Source: Nemertoderma westbladi (taxonomy: Eukaryota; Animalia; Xenacoelomorpha). From it: a stretch of 36,734 bases of DNA. The first letter of the stretch is position 1; every line of letters starts with the position of its first letter. Of the stretch, positions 1 through 10,620 are shown piece after piece. Where the stretch lies: the NCBI GenBank assembly GCA_032718475.1, contig JAUCBJ010006122.1, positions 1 to 36,734 of the forward strand, written 5' to 3'. Both the position numbers and the translations under genes were made by a program. The notes beneath the pieces are model-generated. The model was not told where the DNA came from. It did not search any database and saw nothing but the letters and a program-made list of their open reading frames with translations.

Positions 1-70
1 ATTAATCTAAAGTTATTCTTTGCTCAATATTAAGTAGAATACTGTTGGTACCTGTATGCTCTAGAATTTA

Positions 71-1123
71 TTGTTGTATCACTTTACAATAGGAATGCTT
101 CTGCCGCTATTAGAAAGCACTTACAACGAAATACTTATTACATTAATGGGGCTCCTACCACGAGAGAGGAAACAATGTTACCATTACTATACGGAGGACA
201 ACAATAGTTACTCCTGGGCTGACGAGCCACCCGGCATCAGAAACATCGATATAACGACAGGTCACGCCCTGTTATCGTATATGGAGGATCATTTAAAGAA
301 CAAAAACCGTCTTGATACGGAGTGGAACGATATATGCCGTTACGAGGCCGAGCCCAACGCAACATCAATAGCCGAACTTCCTGCCAACGCTGCGAAAAAC
401 CGATACTCAGATACTCTGCCGTACGATCACTCTAGAATCAAGCTAAATTCGGATGGGAATGCAGATCAAACTGACTATATCAACGCGTCTGCCATAACTG
501 ATCACGATCCACGCAAACCTAGCTACATTTCAACGCCGTCGCCCCTAACTCGAACGGTCGATGATTTCTGGCAAATGATATGGGATAATGATGTTGCTGT
601 GTTGGTCCAGTTGTGTTCTATTGAAGATGAAGAGAAGCTAGGAGGTTGTCATCAATATTGGCCATCAGAGGGGCAAACGGCCGTTTACAATAAGTGTGAG
701 GTGACCCTAGTGTCGCAGCACACGTGGTGTGAAGATTATATGGTGCGAAGTTTTTATTTGAAGCATTCTGAAACCGGTGTGACGCGCACAGTCACTCAAT
801 TCCACTACCTAACCTGGTCCGATCTTAGTATACCGGATAGCACGCGGGTTCTACTCGAGTTCAGAAGGAAGGTGAATAAATCTTATAAGGGGGGTAAATC
901 GCCGGTCGTGGTTATTTGTAACGACGGTTCCGGGAGATCAGGGACCTACATCCTTATTGATATGGTTCTCAACGGTATAATTAAAGGCGTTAAAGAGATC
1001 GATATCGCAGCTACCTTGGAGCACATCCGAGACCAGAGAGCTAACATGGTGAAAACCAAGAAACAGTTCGAATATGCGCTGTATGCCGTTGCATTTGATG
1101 TTCACAACATTCTGAATGGTTAA
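71..1123 (+). CDS. PTPRN2: IA-2/phogrin (PTPRN/PTPRN2-family) receptor tyrosine phosphatase-like protein, cytoplasmic PTP domain; true 5' end uncertain
   Basis: SWADEP...DITTGHALLSYMEDHLKNKNRL, KNRYSDTLPYDHSR, DYINAS, QFHYLTW, ICNDGSGRSGTY (IA-2-type Asp in the signature loop) and GVKEIDIAATLEHIRDQR match IA-2 family motifs. Recognisable homology starts near nt 200; the first ~45 codons are unassigned. Confidence 0.88.
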   Translation: MLYHFTIGMLLPLLESTYNEILITLMGLLPRERKQCYHYYTEDNNSYSWADEPPGIRNIDITTGHALLSYMEDHLKNKNRLDTEWNDICRYEAEPNATSIAELPANAAKNRYSDTLPYDHSRIKLNSDGNADQTDYINASAITDHDPRKPSYISTPSPLTRTVDDFWQMIWDNDVAVLVQLCSIEDEEKLGGCHQYWPSEGQTAVYNKCEVTLVSQHTWCEDYMVRSFYLKHSETGVTRTVTQFHYLTWSDLSIPDSTRVLLEFRRKVNKSYKGGKSPVVVICNDGSGRSGTYILIDMVLNGIIKGVKEIDIAATLEHIRDQRANMVKTKKQFEYALYAVAFDVHNILNG

Positions 1124-2954
1124 TAATCCCTGATATTGGAACTTCTGCTTCCAAACATTTAACGAATATAATTGGTTTTCCTAATTGGACTTCGTCTATA
1201 AAGCCCCTGTTGAAATTTAAAAGAAGATTGAAATCTCGAAAATATGATTCATTAAGTCCCATGTGCTTGATTATTGATATTAATTCGAAATTATTGCTAC
1301 CAAACTTATTTCTTGGCGTATAATCTTGTACTTTTTATTACGGCATTACGATATAGGCGAATAGGGACAACGTAAACTTCCGTGTTTTGATCCCGTGATT
1401 TTTGTTCAGAATTTGTCGAATATTTTTGCGTTAAGTTTTTAAGCATTAAATAAACTAGATAGTTGAGCAAATTGACTGAAAGTTAAAAAAGTAAAGGAAA
1501 GTGATGAAATAAAGTTTAGTTTTTTGTTTTGGTTATAAACAACCGCCACTGTAACCTGGTCCTTTCCTTTATAAATTTAATTAAATTAATTTTTTTAAAA
1601 CCCACTAAACACATAAAACTGGGTGTTTGTGGTCATTTTACGCCATTAACTCTTAATTCACCTACGTGTAGGCCTACATACTGTACTAATATAGTATACT
1701 TTATAATATGAACTGTAGATGAATTATATTTGCCTACCATATCACAATACGCACTTTAATAACTTAATAATAATATCCTCCTTAATTAAATATAATGTAT
1801 AATAGTATTTAATATAATGGTATTTAATTGAGTTGAATAGTACCTGTAGTACCTGTTTAATAGTCAATTGAATGAACTGTGTCATACTCCACCTAATAAC
1901 TTAATTATTATTGGATAAGCATTAAGCATATGATGCGTACTACATACATACAGTAACTTTGTATATTTTTTGTACAGTAGCAGTATAATACTGTATATTT
2001 TGACCTCTGTAGCCGCAAGTAATATATTCGAACCGTCATGTATTACAGTAGTACTGTATGGCCTATTAAACATGTAAAGTATGTAAACTATCTGCGTATC
2101 TTTATAATATTATCCTATATTTCTGATTTTCATTTTGTCAATATAATATATACAATATACATATTATATTAATGATATTATATTATTATATATATATATT
2201 ATTATATTATATTAATTACATAATAGTCCTGTATAAGAAAATAATACTAATATACTCTAAGACCGATGTACAACCTACAAAGTTCCTAGGTTTCTGATAA
2301 CTGCAGGCCCTATAGGAGCCATATGTAGGCCTACAGGTTTCGAAATATAATTTGTCAGAGTTCGCTCGACCGTAGTCGTAGTAGTAGTAGTAGAATATAC
2401 TGAATATAAACACTAAACAGATAACATTTTTTGGGACTTCATGTAACATTGATTTAATAAATGACTTAAGAGTATTATTCGTAAACTTGTATTCAATGTA
2501 GTTGCCTAACATTCTAAGTTTTCGCTCAAAATATAGCGAATTAGTACAGTAGTCACAATACATTGGTAAGACCTTATATATAATTTTTCATTTTCAGCAC
2601 AAATTCATGGCACAAATTTACGCGAAACCGAATTAAATTACTAAATCGAATGTAATAGAGATTTGATTAGCTACCGCAATACTGTATATAATCTAATATT
2701 TATACTGTATCTGTAATTGGTATTGTTTGTGGGTGGTTGTTTGGAATACAATTTGTAAAAATTATTGTGCTTTATTTATTTAGTGATTATATTTAGTGAT
2801 ATTTATTCGTTTACGTGCTAAATACATTGCATTGCATATATTTATACAAACTATGTTTGAAATATTATTACAGTATGATCTTAATTATCGCTAGACAGCA
2901 GAGGTAAGCGATTCATATTCGGTGTAGTTATCGAGATATCTGCTATAAAATAGT

Positions 2955-4197
2955 CGCACCACCCCCCCCCCCCACAACCCTTCCCTCCAATCCCCCTCAA
3001 CCTTGTACTCCAGCCCCCCAACCCAGCGCTCCCACCCCACAACCCGGCCCTCCGACCCCCAAATCCCTTCGGTCCACCCCCCTCAACCCTCCCTCCAACT
3101 CCACAATCCTGCCCTCCAACCCCCCACAACCCAGCCCTCCTACCCTCACAACCCTTCCCTCTAACCCCCCACAACCCTGCCCTCCTACCCTCACAACCTT
3201 TCCCTCTAACACCCCACAACCCTTCCCTCCAACCCCGACAACCCTGCCCTCCCACTCCCACAACCATTCCGTCCAACCCCCCTCAACCCGCCCTCCAACC
3301 TCCCACAATCCCACCCTCTAACCCACCACAACCCTTCCCTCCCACCACCACAACCATGCCCACCCACCTCACAACCCTTCCCTCTAAACCCCCGCAACCC
3401 TTCCCTCCCACCACCACAACCATGCCCACCCACCTCACAACCCTTCCCTCTAACCCCCACAACCCAGCCCTCCAACCCCCCACAACCCTTCCCTCCCACC
3501 CCCACACAACCCTGCCCGCACACCCCCACAACCCTGCCCTCTCACCCTGACAACCCTTCCGTCCAACCCCCCATCAACCCCTGCCCTCCAATCTCCCACA
3601 ATCCTTCCCTCCAACCCCCCACAACCCGGCCCTCCAACCCCCCACAACCTGCCTTCCCACAAACCTCACACCCCATAACCCTGCCCTCCTACCCTCACAA
3701 CCCTTCCCTCTAACACCCCACAACCCTGCCCTCCAACCCCGACAACCCTGCCCTCTCACTCCCACAACCATTCCGTCCAACCCCCCCTCAACCCTGCCCT
3801 CCAACCTCCCACAACCCAGCCCTCCAACCACCTCACAACCCTTCCCTCTAACCCCCCGCAACCCTTCCCTCCCACCACCACAACCCTGCCCGCCCACCTC
3901 ACAACCCTTCCCTCTAATCCCCCACAACCCAGCCCTCCAACCCTCCACAACCCTGCCCTCCCACCCCTCACACAACCCTGCCCACACACCCCCACAACCC
4001 TGCCCTCCCACCCCCACACAACCCTGCCCTCTCACCCTCACAACCCTTCCGTCCAACCCCCCCTCAACCCCTGCTCTCCAACCCCCCCTCAACCCCTGCT
4101 CTCCAACCCCCCCTCAACCCCTGCTCTCCAAACCCCCAATAACCCTTCCCTCCAACCCCCACAACCCTGCTCTCCAACCCCCACAACCCTGCTCCCA
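2955..4197. repeat. C-rich degenerate minisatellite (~20-22 bp unit CCACAACCCTGCCCTCCAACCC), G-rich on the minus strand
   Basis: Dozens of variant copies of ACAACCC(T/A)(G/T)CCCTC; the overlapping Gly/Val/Trp-rich ORFs are products of the repeat. Confidence 0.95.
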
Positions 4198-4891
4198 CTG
4201 ACAACAATACAAAAAATTATAATCCTATCATGTGCCGAATCTAATGGAGATTGCAAATTTGCAAGCAGCTTTCTAATATCTTTTCTCAAATGCAAAACGT
4301 TAGATCTACAGTATATCTCAGAATGCCCTTTTTTCATGAAAGCTAATTGCTAAGCTAATTGTAACTGAAATGAGTTGAAATTTGGTACACTTCATCAGAA
4401 TAATTTTGTCCATAAATGTGTCGAACAAGTTTTGATCAAAAGGCTCTGGAGCCTTTTTATGTCAAGAAGGTCCAACAAGCCCTTTTTTGGTCCTTTTAAT
4501 TTTAAAATGGCCCCAATCCATATCAACAAAAAACTTCCTAAGACTTGGATGCAGGGGAGACTGGTGGAGAAATAAAATTTTGGCGCAAAAAGGCACTTTT
4601 GGCCATTTCATGGCCAATTTTTAAAATATTTGGTTTGGATATTCTTAAACAGATCGATGTTTAGTAGCACAAAAAATAATTGTCACCAAATTTTTAGTGT
4701 CCAGAGACACCAAAATGTGAGGTTCCATTTGGGGGAGCTACCCCTAATTCAGTCACAAAGACTCACTCTCTAATTTTTAGAGAAAAATTAATGATAGAAC
4801 ATAAGGAGAAAGATTTTGACCTCCCTGCGTTTACCTATGTAATAATCATAATAAATAGTATAATCAGTTCAGTCCAAGGCGTTCTAGTCCA

Positions 4892-5195
4892 ATGCAGCTG
4901 TGCGGGACTAAAGGCGGACTGGAGGCAAACTATTTTTTGTTAAATTTCATAATTTATAATCACCAATTTTACGAATACTATGACAAATTTTCGAAAATTT
5001 TATTCTGGAAATATACAATTTCATTAGAAATTCATTATTGCAATCGAAAACACGTACAACGCAATAATGAATTTACAATAATTATATTTCCAGAATATAA
5101 TTTTCTAAAATTTGTTATAGTATTCGTAAAATGAGTGAATATAAATTATGAAACTGCACAAAAAATAGTTTGCCTCCAGTCCCGCACGGCTGCAT
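4892..5195. mobile_element. MITE with ~35-40 bp terminal inverted repeats
   Basis: Left ATGCAGCTGTGCGGGACT(AAAGGCGGACT)GGAGGCAAACTATTTTTTGT; right ACAAAAAATAGTTTGCCTCCAGTCCCGCACGGCTGCAT; AT-rich non-coding interior. Confidence 0.8.
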
Positions 5196-5557
5196 GGCCG
5201 TAACGTGAGGCGACTTTATCAATAATTGAAGAAATAGCAAATACTGTCGGCGCAATCTAAATTCATCCCACCCCAGGGGATAATCGACAAGGGGAATTAC
5301 CTGTTATATTTTTTTGGGTTTATTGTTTTGGATAGAATACATGTCACTGTAACGTGCTCCTTTCCACTTATTTGATAATTTAACATTAGCAAAACTTAGC
5401 CATGTCGGCATTGGCGTGGGCGTGGGAACTCTAACTCTTGACCTCCACGAAAAATTCAGATAGAAAGGTAAGAGGTAGACCTTAAATACTGTCCTCCAAT
5501 CTGTCATTACCAGGTCTATCTTCCTCTGCCATTGAATGAATGTCAGAATACCAAACA

Positions 5558-5816
5558 GAGCAGCAGCTTGGTCTAGTGGTGACATTCTTGGGCTTCCACA
5601 CAGTAGGCCCTGGTTCTATCCCTAGATGGGGCAGCACAGTATGGGAACAGTGCTTTAAATGCTGCAGCCTAGCCCAACCCTGGCTTTCATCCTTAACTGG
5701 TCGATAAATGGGAACCAAGGCAACTTGGAAAATAGAGTGGAAGGGTTGACTGCGGCAGATTACCCGTGGTGGTGAACAGGCATTCGGGCTTAACGAGCCT
5801 AAAAGATTATCACATT
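5558..5816 (+). mobile_element. tRNA-derived SINE, copy 1
   Basis: A box TGGTCTAGTGG, B-box-like GGTTCTATCC, central CTTTCATCCTT..GGTCGATAAATG..ACC block. Second copy at 23345. A 15-bp direct repeat CATTGAATGAATGTC lies at 5530-5544 and 5817-5831. Confidence 0.85.
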
Positions 5817-5892
5817 CATTGAATGAATGTCTAAGTGGTTTTAAACAATCTCAGGAATTTCTGTGTTTCGGCTAAAGGGAAAAAATGGTCCT

Positions 5893-6791
5893 CGGGTGAT
5901 GATAACTCCACCTACTGGCTCCAGAAGTCGAGGAAATCCTGCCAAGTACCTAACTGATCTAGACTTTGCTGATGACTTAGGAGTACTCTCAGAATCATTA
6001 GAGGGAGCCCAACGGCTCCTCAGCTCATTAGAACATGCTGCTTCTAGTGTTGGTCTTTTTTTTAACTCCAGAAAGACCAAAATTCTGACCGTTAACTTTG
6101 AAAGTCCTCAGCAAGTCTCTGATCGGATGAGCATAAGCTCAAAGGATGGTATGCTTGAGCATGTGGACGACTTCTGTTACCTGGGATCATGGATCCGGAA
6201 GTCAGGTGAGGACCTTCGAATACGTAAGGGAAAGGCATGGACAGCCTTGAATAGGCTTTCCAGGATTTGGAAATCACCGAGAATTAATCGGAAACTTAAG
6301 GTCCGATTATTTAGAGCAGCAGTAGTTCCAGTACTCCTCTACGGGAGTCCATGCTGGGCTCTAACTGCTGAGGACACCAAATCTCTGGATGGCACATTCA
6401 CAAGAATGCTACGCCGGGTTCATTGTGTCAAGTACAATGCACACATCTCCAACCAGACACTATATAACATTGGAGGTGTCTCATTGGTTCCCCCAAGCTT
6501 GACACTAGAACAAAATCGCCTCCGCTTTGCAGGACATTGCTTTCGCCGTGAGGACCAGCCAGTGCATAATCTTGTACTTTGGCAGCCTCATGGAGTGAAT
6601 AAGCATGGTGGACAGCCCATGACTTTCTTGAGACGCATTTTAAAGGACACTGGCCTTAAAGATGCGGATGATCTAGCAAATGTCATGGGTGATAGGGAGT
6701 TGTGGCGGTGCAATTTTGTTGACAAGCCGGCACAGCATTCTTAAAAATGCAGCTGCAATGCAGCATGCCGATCCTAGTAGTAGTAGTAGTA
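5893..6791 (+). mobile_element. 5'-truncated RTE-clade non-LTR retrotransposon (RT C-terminal half, open frame to 6744), (TAG)n tail, 30-bp TSD
   Basis: LTDLDFADDL, FCYLGS, KVRLFRAAVVPVLLYGSPCW and RLRFAGHC motifs; tail TAGTAGTAG; identical GTGTTTCGGCTAAAGGGAAAAAATGGTCCT at 5863-5892 and 6792-6821. Confidence 0.92.
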
Positions 6792-6821
6792 GTGTTTCGG
6801 CTAAAGGGAAAAAATGGTCCT

Positions 6822-7922
6822 GTTGCGGTTCTTGCCTAAATTGGTTCAAATCCTTTCTCACCAATAGATGTCAACATGTAACATGTCCGAATATTAAATG
6901 AAAGCTCAGCGACCAAAAATCTAGATTATGGTTTCCCCCAGGGATGTAGTTCGAGCTGTGTTCTCTTCATAAAATACGGTGAAGGCCTACTGAATCTGTT
7001 GAAGAAACTGAAACCATCTACACATGATTTTGCCGATGATCACCAAGTGTACTTCTCTTTTCGTGCAAGTATCAAAAAGGATGAAGAAAAGGCTGTACAA
7101 GAGATTGAAAAGGCTATTAATGAAGTTAAAAGAGGCTACTTGCAAATAAACTAAAATTAAATGATGATAAAACATAAATTATTATCCTCTGGGATCCAAA
7201 CAGCAACTCAGTAAAGTGAGAACTAAATTAATCAATGTGGGGAAGTTCAGGATCCAACCTGCGAAGGCAGTCAAGAATTTGGGTGTGTGGTTCGACAACA
7301 ACATGACTATGGGGACTTGCCAAATACTTGCCATAAAACTTGCAAAACAGCCTTCTATCACATCCACAACCTCCGTCAGATCAGAAGATTTCTTTCTGTA
7401 ACCGCTATGAAGACTCTAGTTCACTCCTTAGTAACTACTGTAGTAAAATTGATTTACTGCAAAAGCTTGCCCTTTGAAATTGTTAAAAAACACCTAAATA
7501 AGCTGCAGTTAGTCCAAAACGCGGCCGACCGACTGCTACGATCGATCAGCAAATACGACCACATAACTCTAAGCTTCCTATTACACACAGAGTGCAGTAC
7601 AAAATTCTTCTTATAACACACAAGATTCTCATTGGTAATGGCCCTGTATATTTAAAGAAAATGCTTCACATTGCACTAAATAATAGATACAACATACGGA
7701 GCCAAACAGCACCAAAGCTCATTACACCCCATTACAAGTGTGCATCATACGGACTATGGGCCTCCCGAGTCGCCGCACCAACTCTATGGAATAAACTGCC
7801 TCACGAGTTGCGATCAGAAGGGAACACATCGAAATTTAAAACCGATCTTAAAACTCATCTCTTTAGGAAAGCCTTTAATAAGTAATTTAAATTTAGCGCT
7901 ATATAAACATTTTATTATTATA
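6822..7922 (+). mobile_element. Degenerate CR1/L2-type LINE 3' portion, interrupted upstream by the RTE and SINE insertions
   Basis: Frameshifted pieces LNWFKSFL, AVKNLGVWFD, AFYHIHNLRQIRRFL, KLQLVQNAA, APTLWNKLP, FKTDLKTHLF; tail GCGCTATATAAACATTTTATTATTAT. Confidence 0.85.
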
Positions 7923-7959
7923 AAAACAAATATAATATTTGTTATATTTTCTAAGATTC

Positions 7960-8062
7960 GCCGGATCTTAGACTTCCCTCGCCCTCGCGGGATCTAAATT
8001 CTCTGGGATCTAACTTCTCTGTGATCTAAATTTTCTGGGATCGAAAAGACTCCGGGATCTAT
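7960..8062. repeat. Short ~16-bp tandem array (GGGATCTAAATTCTCT-like)
   Basis: About 6 variant GGATCT-containing units; resembles the internally repetitive ends of some DNA transposons (inference). Confidence 0.6.
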
Positions 8063-8213
8063 CCACCCTAGTCTGCTAGTACAGCAGCTAGTATACTGTA
8101 CTGAAGGCAGTATCCTGACCTGACTGACTGATAGGATTACCCAGCTACCATTCAGCCATTACTCATTAGAGTCATTACCAACCCAGTTACCGGGCTCGGG
8201 CTGCAAGGCTACT

Positions 8214-10620
8214 TAATAATATAATAATAATAATAATAATGGCTTATTAACGTGCCCCCTTCTAACATTAGTCATGCAGAGGGCACCGTAATCAAATGTA
8301 TAGTTCTGCACATTATTTAAATACAAATACTAATTAATTTATTACAAACTTATATTTACAACACACATTAAAAATACAAGGGATTTAAAATTATTACATC
8401 AAGTTATCGCAAAATAATTTACGATTATTTAAAAAACAAACAGTACTAATTTCAAAAATATAAGTTCTTCCATTACAAATTTGTAAAGATAACCGATTCC
8501 ATAAATAGCAAAGTTGTAATACTGTACAGTGTTTGGCCATAAATTAAAAATATATCGAATATAAAATGCATAAAATGCATAAAATGCAATCGTGTTCTAA
8601 AAATGTTCTAAATAAATGTTATCGATAAAATCATATAATTCATAAATAGCATCATAGTTCTGTATTGTTATCCCTTTAATAATAATTATGTGTAAAATTA
8701 TAATTTTTATAAATAATTTCCCAATTAAAAACTTTGCAACAATTATGAGTTAAAATACAGATTAAAAAAGTGTGTTTTCAGTCTAGCTTTAAACATCTCA
8801 AGTGTAATACTTGGATCTCTCAGGTCACAAGTCAGTGCATTCCAAACCATCGGTGCTGCATAGCTAAATGATCGTCTAGCAAACGTTGTTCGAGCTGGAT
8901 AAACCTGTAAACAGTTCGATGAAACAGATCTCATATTTCGGCCTGTTCGGTTATTACTGCAGGGTTTAATAAGGTCCGACAAGTAAGAAGGGGCAGTGCC
9001 TAAACGTGCTCTAAACGTCATAACTGCGATTTTGAAATCTATTCGGGATTTAATAGGCAACCAATGTAGTTCTTTCAATACTGGTGTTATATGATGTCTC
9101 AATGGAATTTGGTTTACTATTCTTGCCATTGAATTCTGTATCAGTTGCAATTTTCTTAATATCCTGTTACTTAATCCCATATAGAGGCTATTACAGTAAT
9201 CAAGTTTACTACCAATCAGAGCCGAACTAATTAGCTATGCAGTATCATTAGTTATCCTTGGTCGAATCCGTCGAAATTCCCTGAGAAACATATAGCAAGA
9301 GGATACCACCTTATTTACCTGTTGTTTTAATGATAATTGTGCATCAAACTCTATGCCGAGGTTTCTTTCATGAATTGATGGATGAATCACTTCGGTTCCT
9401 ACCTTCAAGCTTATCTCACAAAGTTGATTTAACCGTGTTCTAGATCCTATTAGCAATAATTTAGTCTTTGAGGTATTAATCTCCAGCTTATTCTGATTCA
9501 TCCAGCTAATTACTTGTGTAAGGCACTCACTCTTCTACCCGAGACATCCGTAAAGGATCCTCCACCTCTATCGCATGATATACCTGTGTGTCATCTGAAA
9601 ATAAGTGGTGCTGTACTTGAAATGAGTTTATTAATTTCGCTAATGGTGCTGTGTATAATATAAATAGCAATACACCTAGGATTGATCCTTGTGTAACTCC
9701 CCACAATAGTCGTATTATCCTCGAATATTTCCCATTAATGTACACCCTGTACGAACGATCACTGAGATACGATTTTAGCCACTTAAGACACACTCCACGA
9801 ATACCAAACTCAACTTCCAATCGCTTTATTAAAATATCCAGATCTATTGTATCAAACGCTGCTGATAAATCCAACAATACTAATGCAGTCACCTTACCAT
9901 TGTCCATATTTACTGCTATATCATTTTGTACTCGAAGAAGTGCTGTCTCTGTTGAATGATTTTTTCTGTACGCCGATTGTCAAAGTGGAAGCAAATTATT
10001 GTATAAAATATGTTCCCTCATTTGGCTGTCCACTACTTTCTCAATGATTTTCCCAATTACGGCAATGTTTCCGACTGGCCTAAAGTTATTTAATACTTCC
10101 TTATCAAGGGTTAATTTTTTATTCCTGGTTTAAGAATGGCTTCCTTTGTCGAACTTGGAGTAACTCCAATCCTTAATGACATATTCACAGCATTTGATAT
10201 GTGTCGTATCATAGACTTTCCACCTTGCTTAATAAACTCCATTGGAACAGGGTCCAATTCACACTGTTTAGACGGCATTTTCTTAATAATTTTATCTATC
10301 TCATCTTCTGTAACTGGTGTGAAGTTTTCCAACCACTTTCCTGTGAAATGATTCCCAATATCGCCAAGGCATGCAGAATCCTCTGTAGTCTGAATCGTAA
10401 TAAACCCTTTCCTAATGTTAGAAATCTTATTATGAAAGAAATCAGCAAAGCGATTAGCCAAATCTTCAGAATTAGTACAGAATGGTAAAATCTCTACTTT
10501 CTGTCTTGACAATATTTCTTTTAATATTTTCCACCGCTGACTAGGTCCATCAACTGCCTTCAATCGATCATGGTAGTAGCTATTATGTTTTTGTTCACAT
10601 AGTTTCCGATATTCTTGTTG
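8214..10620 (-). mobile_element. CR1/L2-type LINE, RT region plus 3' UTR and (TTA)n tail, frameshifted
   Basis: LVLLDLSAAFDTID, GVTQGSILG, HHLFSDDTQVY, ERNLGIEFD, HITPVLKELHWLPI, FKARLKTHF; (TAA)n at 8214-8240. Confidence 0.92.

Noticed and set aside
2881-4337. Many Gly/Val/Trp-rich or Pro/Thr-rich ORFs
   Set aside because: They are translations of the C-rich minisatellite in several frames.
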